In this document: positions 61,270 through 64,000 of the stretch, one piece after another
How positions within the stretch are numbered: position 1 is the first letter of the stretch
Layout: each line of letters opens with the position of its first letter
Source of the DNA: Chrysomallon squamiferum
Taxonomy: Eukaryota; Animalia; Mollusca
Assembly (NCBI GenBank): GCA_012295275.1
Contig: CM022670.1
Location: 11,532,001 to 11,596,000, forward strand
DNA length: 64,000 bases
Reading direction: 5' to 3'
Position numbers and translations under genes: made by a program
The notes under the pieces: generated by a model
The model's input: the letters and a program-made list of their open reading frames with translations, nothing else
Told to the model about the DNA's origin: nothing
The model's database searches: none

Positions 61270-61605
61270 CTGTAAAATAGAGTAAAAAAGAAGAACAACA
61301 AAAATAATAACTGTATCATCTAACTTCATAAATATGTAAAAATGCAACCAAAAATCTGATTTTGTTCATGGTTTGGTAGAAAGTTAGCAAAACAATTAAT
61401 TTCTAAGTTAATATGGGATTACACTTATTACTTCTCAAAACCTTGGGACAACAGAAGAATCTAACAAAATGAATGATCATCTACTATTTTAAAACTGGCT
61501 GCCTAAAGTATAAGTTGTCATTATGACATTTCAATCCATGTACTGATATTATGTTAATAAGGTGTGTATGTGTGCTTGTGTTTGTGTATGTGTCATTTTG
61601 TTTAT

Positions 61606-64000
61606 GGGTCATTCCGTGTCAAATCACCCAATGGTTTAAACCCGACCGTCTCAGATTTTTATGAAACTTGGTATACTTGTTGACTGGGATCCCACAGCAC
61701 CAAATCTGAAATATTAGCCCAATCAGACCAGTGGTGTGGGAGATATGGCCCACGGAATTTTGAGATTTTTGCCAAAAATGGGCGTGACCACCAACCTTAG
61801 AATCCTCATATCTCAGGAACTACTGGGCCAATCTTCATAAAATTGGTATTGTTAGAAAGGCAAAATGACAAGGATACCAAATCTGCCATTTTTGTTTAGT
61901 TTGGAAAATATTGCAGTACCTTGACCTTTTGACCTTTGCTATGACCTTGAAACTGACCATGTGGATCACGTGATCTTGAGATGACCTTTATTGAAATTTA
62001 ATCTCCCACATGTTAACTAAAACATATAAAAGTTTCCTGGGTGTAATATTTTTTGTTTAGCCACAATATAGATTTAAAAAAATGCACATACATGAAAATA
62101 ACACCTTTTCAGCCATTAACATCTGATTAACTAAAACCTGAATGATCAATTCTGGATGCTAGGAATCACCATCTCTCTTAATCATCGAGTAAGACATTGT
62201 AGGCCTACATGTATGCATAAAGTTCACATATAAAAGTTTCCTGGGTATAATATTTTTTGTTTAGCCATAATAGAGATTTAAAAAAATGCATACCTGCATG
62301 GATGATTGATATAATGCATTACAATGTACATTTTCTCTGAGACTAAAAATTCATCTTTGGAGTTAAAACCCACCTGACATGTCTGAAGGAATGCCTGAAG
62401 GATAGGAAAAGATGCCAAATGGCATGACATGTTCTACACAATCAGGCTCAAAGGGTTAACAGGAAGTGATGCTTCAGGCAGGTCAGGAACTCCTTTAGAT
62501 TCCCTGGTGCAATCCCCATTGAGCACATGGCAATTTGAAGTTTAAGACAAAGAAGTTTCTTCATCTGCATTTCTTTGACAATCTGAAGCTTTTTAAGTTG
62601 GACACAATGTCAGATGTTGATACATAAACAATATTTTTATTTCATAAAACCTATTAAGTAATTGTATCATGTCATGTGGGCCTTGCCATTGGTTTTGAAC
62701 AAGGCTTCAGTCAACAACAGTACAACCCAGTCTGAAATCAGACATCATCAAGTGATGTACTGCATAATGTATTTGTACACCCAGTCTTCGGCACAGAGTA
62801 TGAACAAGGTCTACTTCACCTTAATAAACTGTGATTTATACTTGAGAAGATTGACATAAATGCCCAAGACTTGTGGGCCTTTGGCAATAACACATGTACT
62901 CTGCTCCCATTTTATGACCTGCTTAACTTTACTGAAAGGGTTTCAGGATTTGATTTAATATTTAGGAAAGCACTGACTTTGTTCTATTGAATTGAAGGTG
63001 CAGGCCAATACTGAAAATCCTTATTTCTTCCAGAGCTAACTGCAGCTTTAACTCTCCTGAAAATGTGTGTTATCAACACCATCATATCAAAAAGGAGTTG
63101 TTGCGAAGTGTATGGAAAACTGAGGAAATCGAACTCCTCACTCTTTGAAGTGGGATCAAAACACGGGACATCAAGAGTATCATGAACAAGAACTTTTCAT
63201 CAAATTTTCAACATCGCAGAAAGACTGTTGTGATCCCCTTAATCGCCACCCTGAGCAAGCACGCACTAGATCTTTAAGAATTGTTAGCATGGGCACTTAC
63301 AAATGCTTAGTAAATCCTCCAAAGACACTAGTGCCAGGAGACAAGTTGTGCTGCGACTGTCTGATTACCCTTCAGAAATCAAAGGTCCTGCAGAGGATGG
63401 CTTTAGTATGGGTGGTATTATAATGGGAGAATTTGGTGATAACTTGCCAGACAAACCACTGGTTGTTGTTTCCCTAGAAAAGGACTTTGATTTGAATTCT
63501 ATTCTGTTGAGTTTAGGCGAAACTCCTGTCAAACTCCATTCACTAGCGCATTCCAGTAAATGAATGAAAGGACAGAAAAAAACTAGCATCAGCTACAGTA
63601 ACATTAAAATGACATCTTAATGTCTGAATCCTACACAGAGCGTGTGCAAATCTTGATTTTGTCACCCTTTACCATTGAAAGGACAATGAATTGAAGGAGG
63701 AAATAATCCAATTTTATGAAAGTGATGAGAACAGTAGAATGTGTCTGGGAATGAAGGATACAGTGAGCATTTGAAACAAACATAGTGAGAAGGTTAAGCA
63801 TCAGAAACACCTAGTTCTCTCAAATTTATGTGAACTTTATGCATACATGTAGGCCTACAGTGTCTTACTCGATGATCAAGAAAGATGGTGATCCCTAGCA
63901 TCCAGAGTTGATCATTCAGGTTTTAGTTAATCAGATGTTAATGGCTGAAAATGTGTTATTTTCATGTATGTGCATTTTTTAAATCTATATTATGGCTAAA
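61606..64000 (+). mobile_element. Non-autonomous Sola2-like DNA transposon with long TIRs in a VPS28 intron; runs off the window
   Basis: Begins GGGTCATTCC at 61606. Bases 62056-62230 are the reverse complement of 63827-64000 (about 8 differences by eye). Decayed transposase pieces: QKDCCDPLNRH..LVPGDKLCCDC, LNSILLSLGETPVKLHS, ERVQILILSP, FYESDENSRMCLGMKDTVSI*..HQKHLVLSNLCELYA. The superfamily call is from memory of such motifs; the TIR element itself is well supported. Confidence 0.7.

Overview
This is an AT-rich, intron-rich animal genomic window; repeat content and protein sequences suggest a lophotrochozoan, probably a mollusc (inference). Six spliced protein-coding genes can be rebuilt exon by exon with GT-AG boundaries and consistent phases. 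They are a 17-exon ZSWIM4/5/6-family gene (-), POLR2E/RPB5 (-, with a U12-type intron), a selenoprotein GPX4 (+, in-frame TGA and a 3'UTR SECIS), a nucleoredoxin-like NXNL2 gene with an atypical WSPPC site (-), AK3 (+), and a 5'-truncated VPS28 (-). POLR2E/GPX4 and NXNL2/AK3 are divergent pairs. Mobile DNA comprises an internally deleted Academ-like element (about 1.39-2.74 kb), a Sola2-like element with long TIRs in a VPS28 intron (from 61.6 kb to beyond the window), and RTE-like LINE and SINE remnants. The most notable candidates are a frame-preserving 48-nt GPX4 cassette exon encoding a signal peptide (giving possible mitochondrial, cytosolic and secreted isoforms from one Sec gene), the SxxC nucleoredoxin next to it, POLR2E-GPX4 head-to-head linkage shared with human, and an unexplained CpG-rich intergenic block with promoter and splice signals. 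All calls are by eye; no database searches were run.
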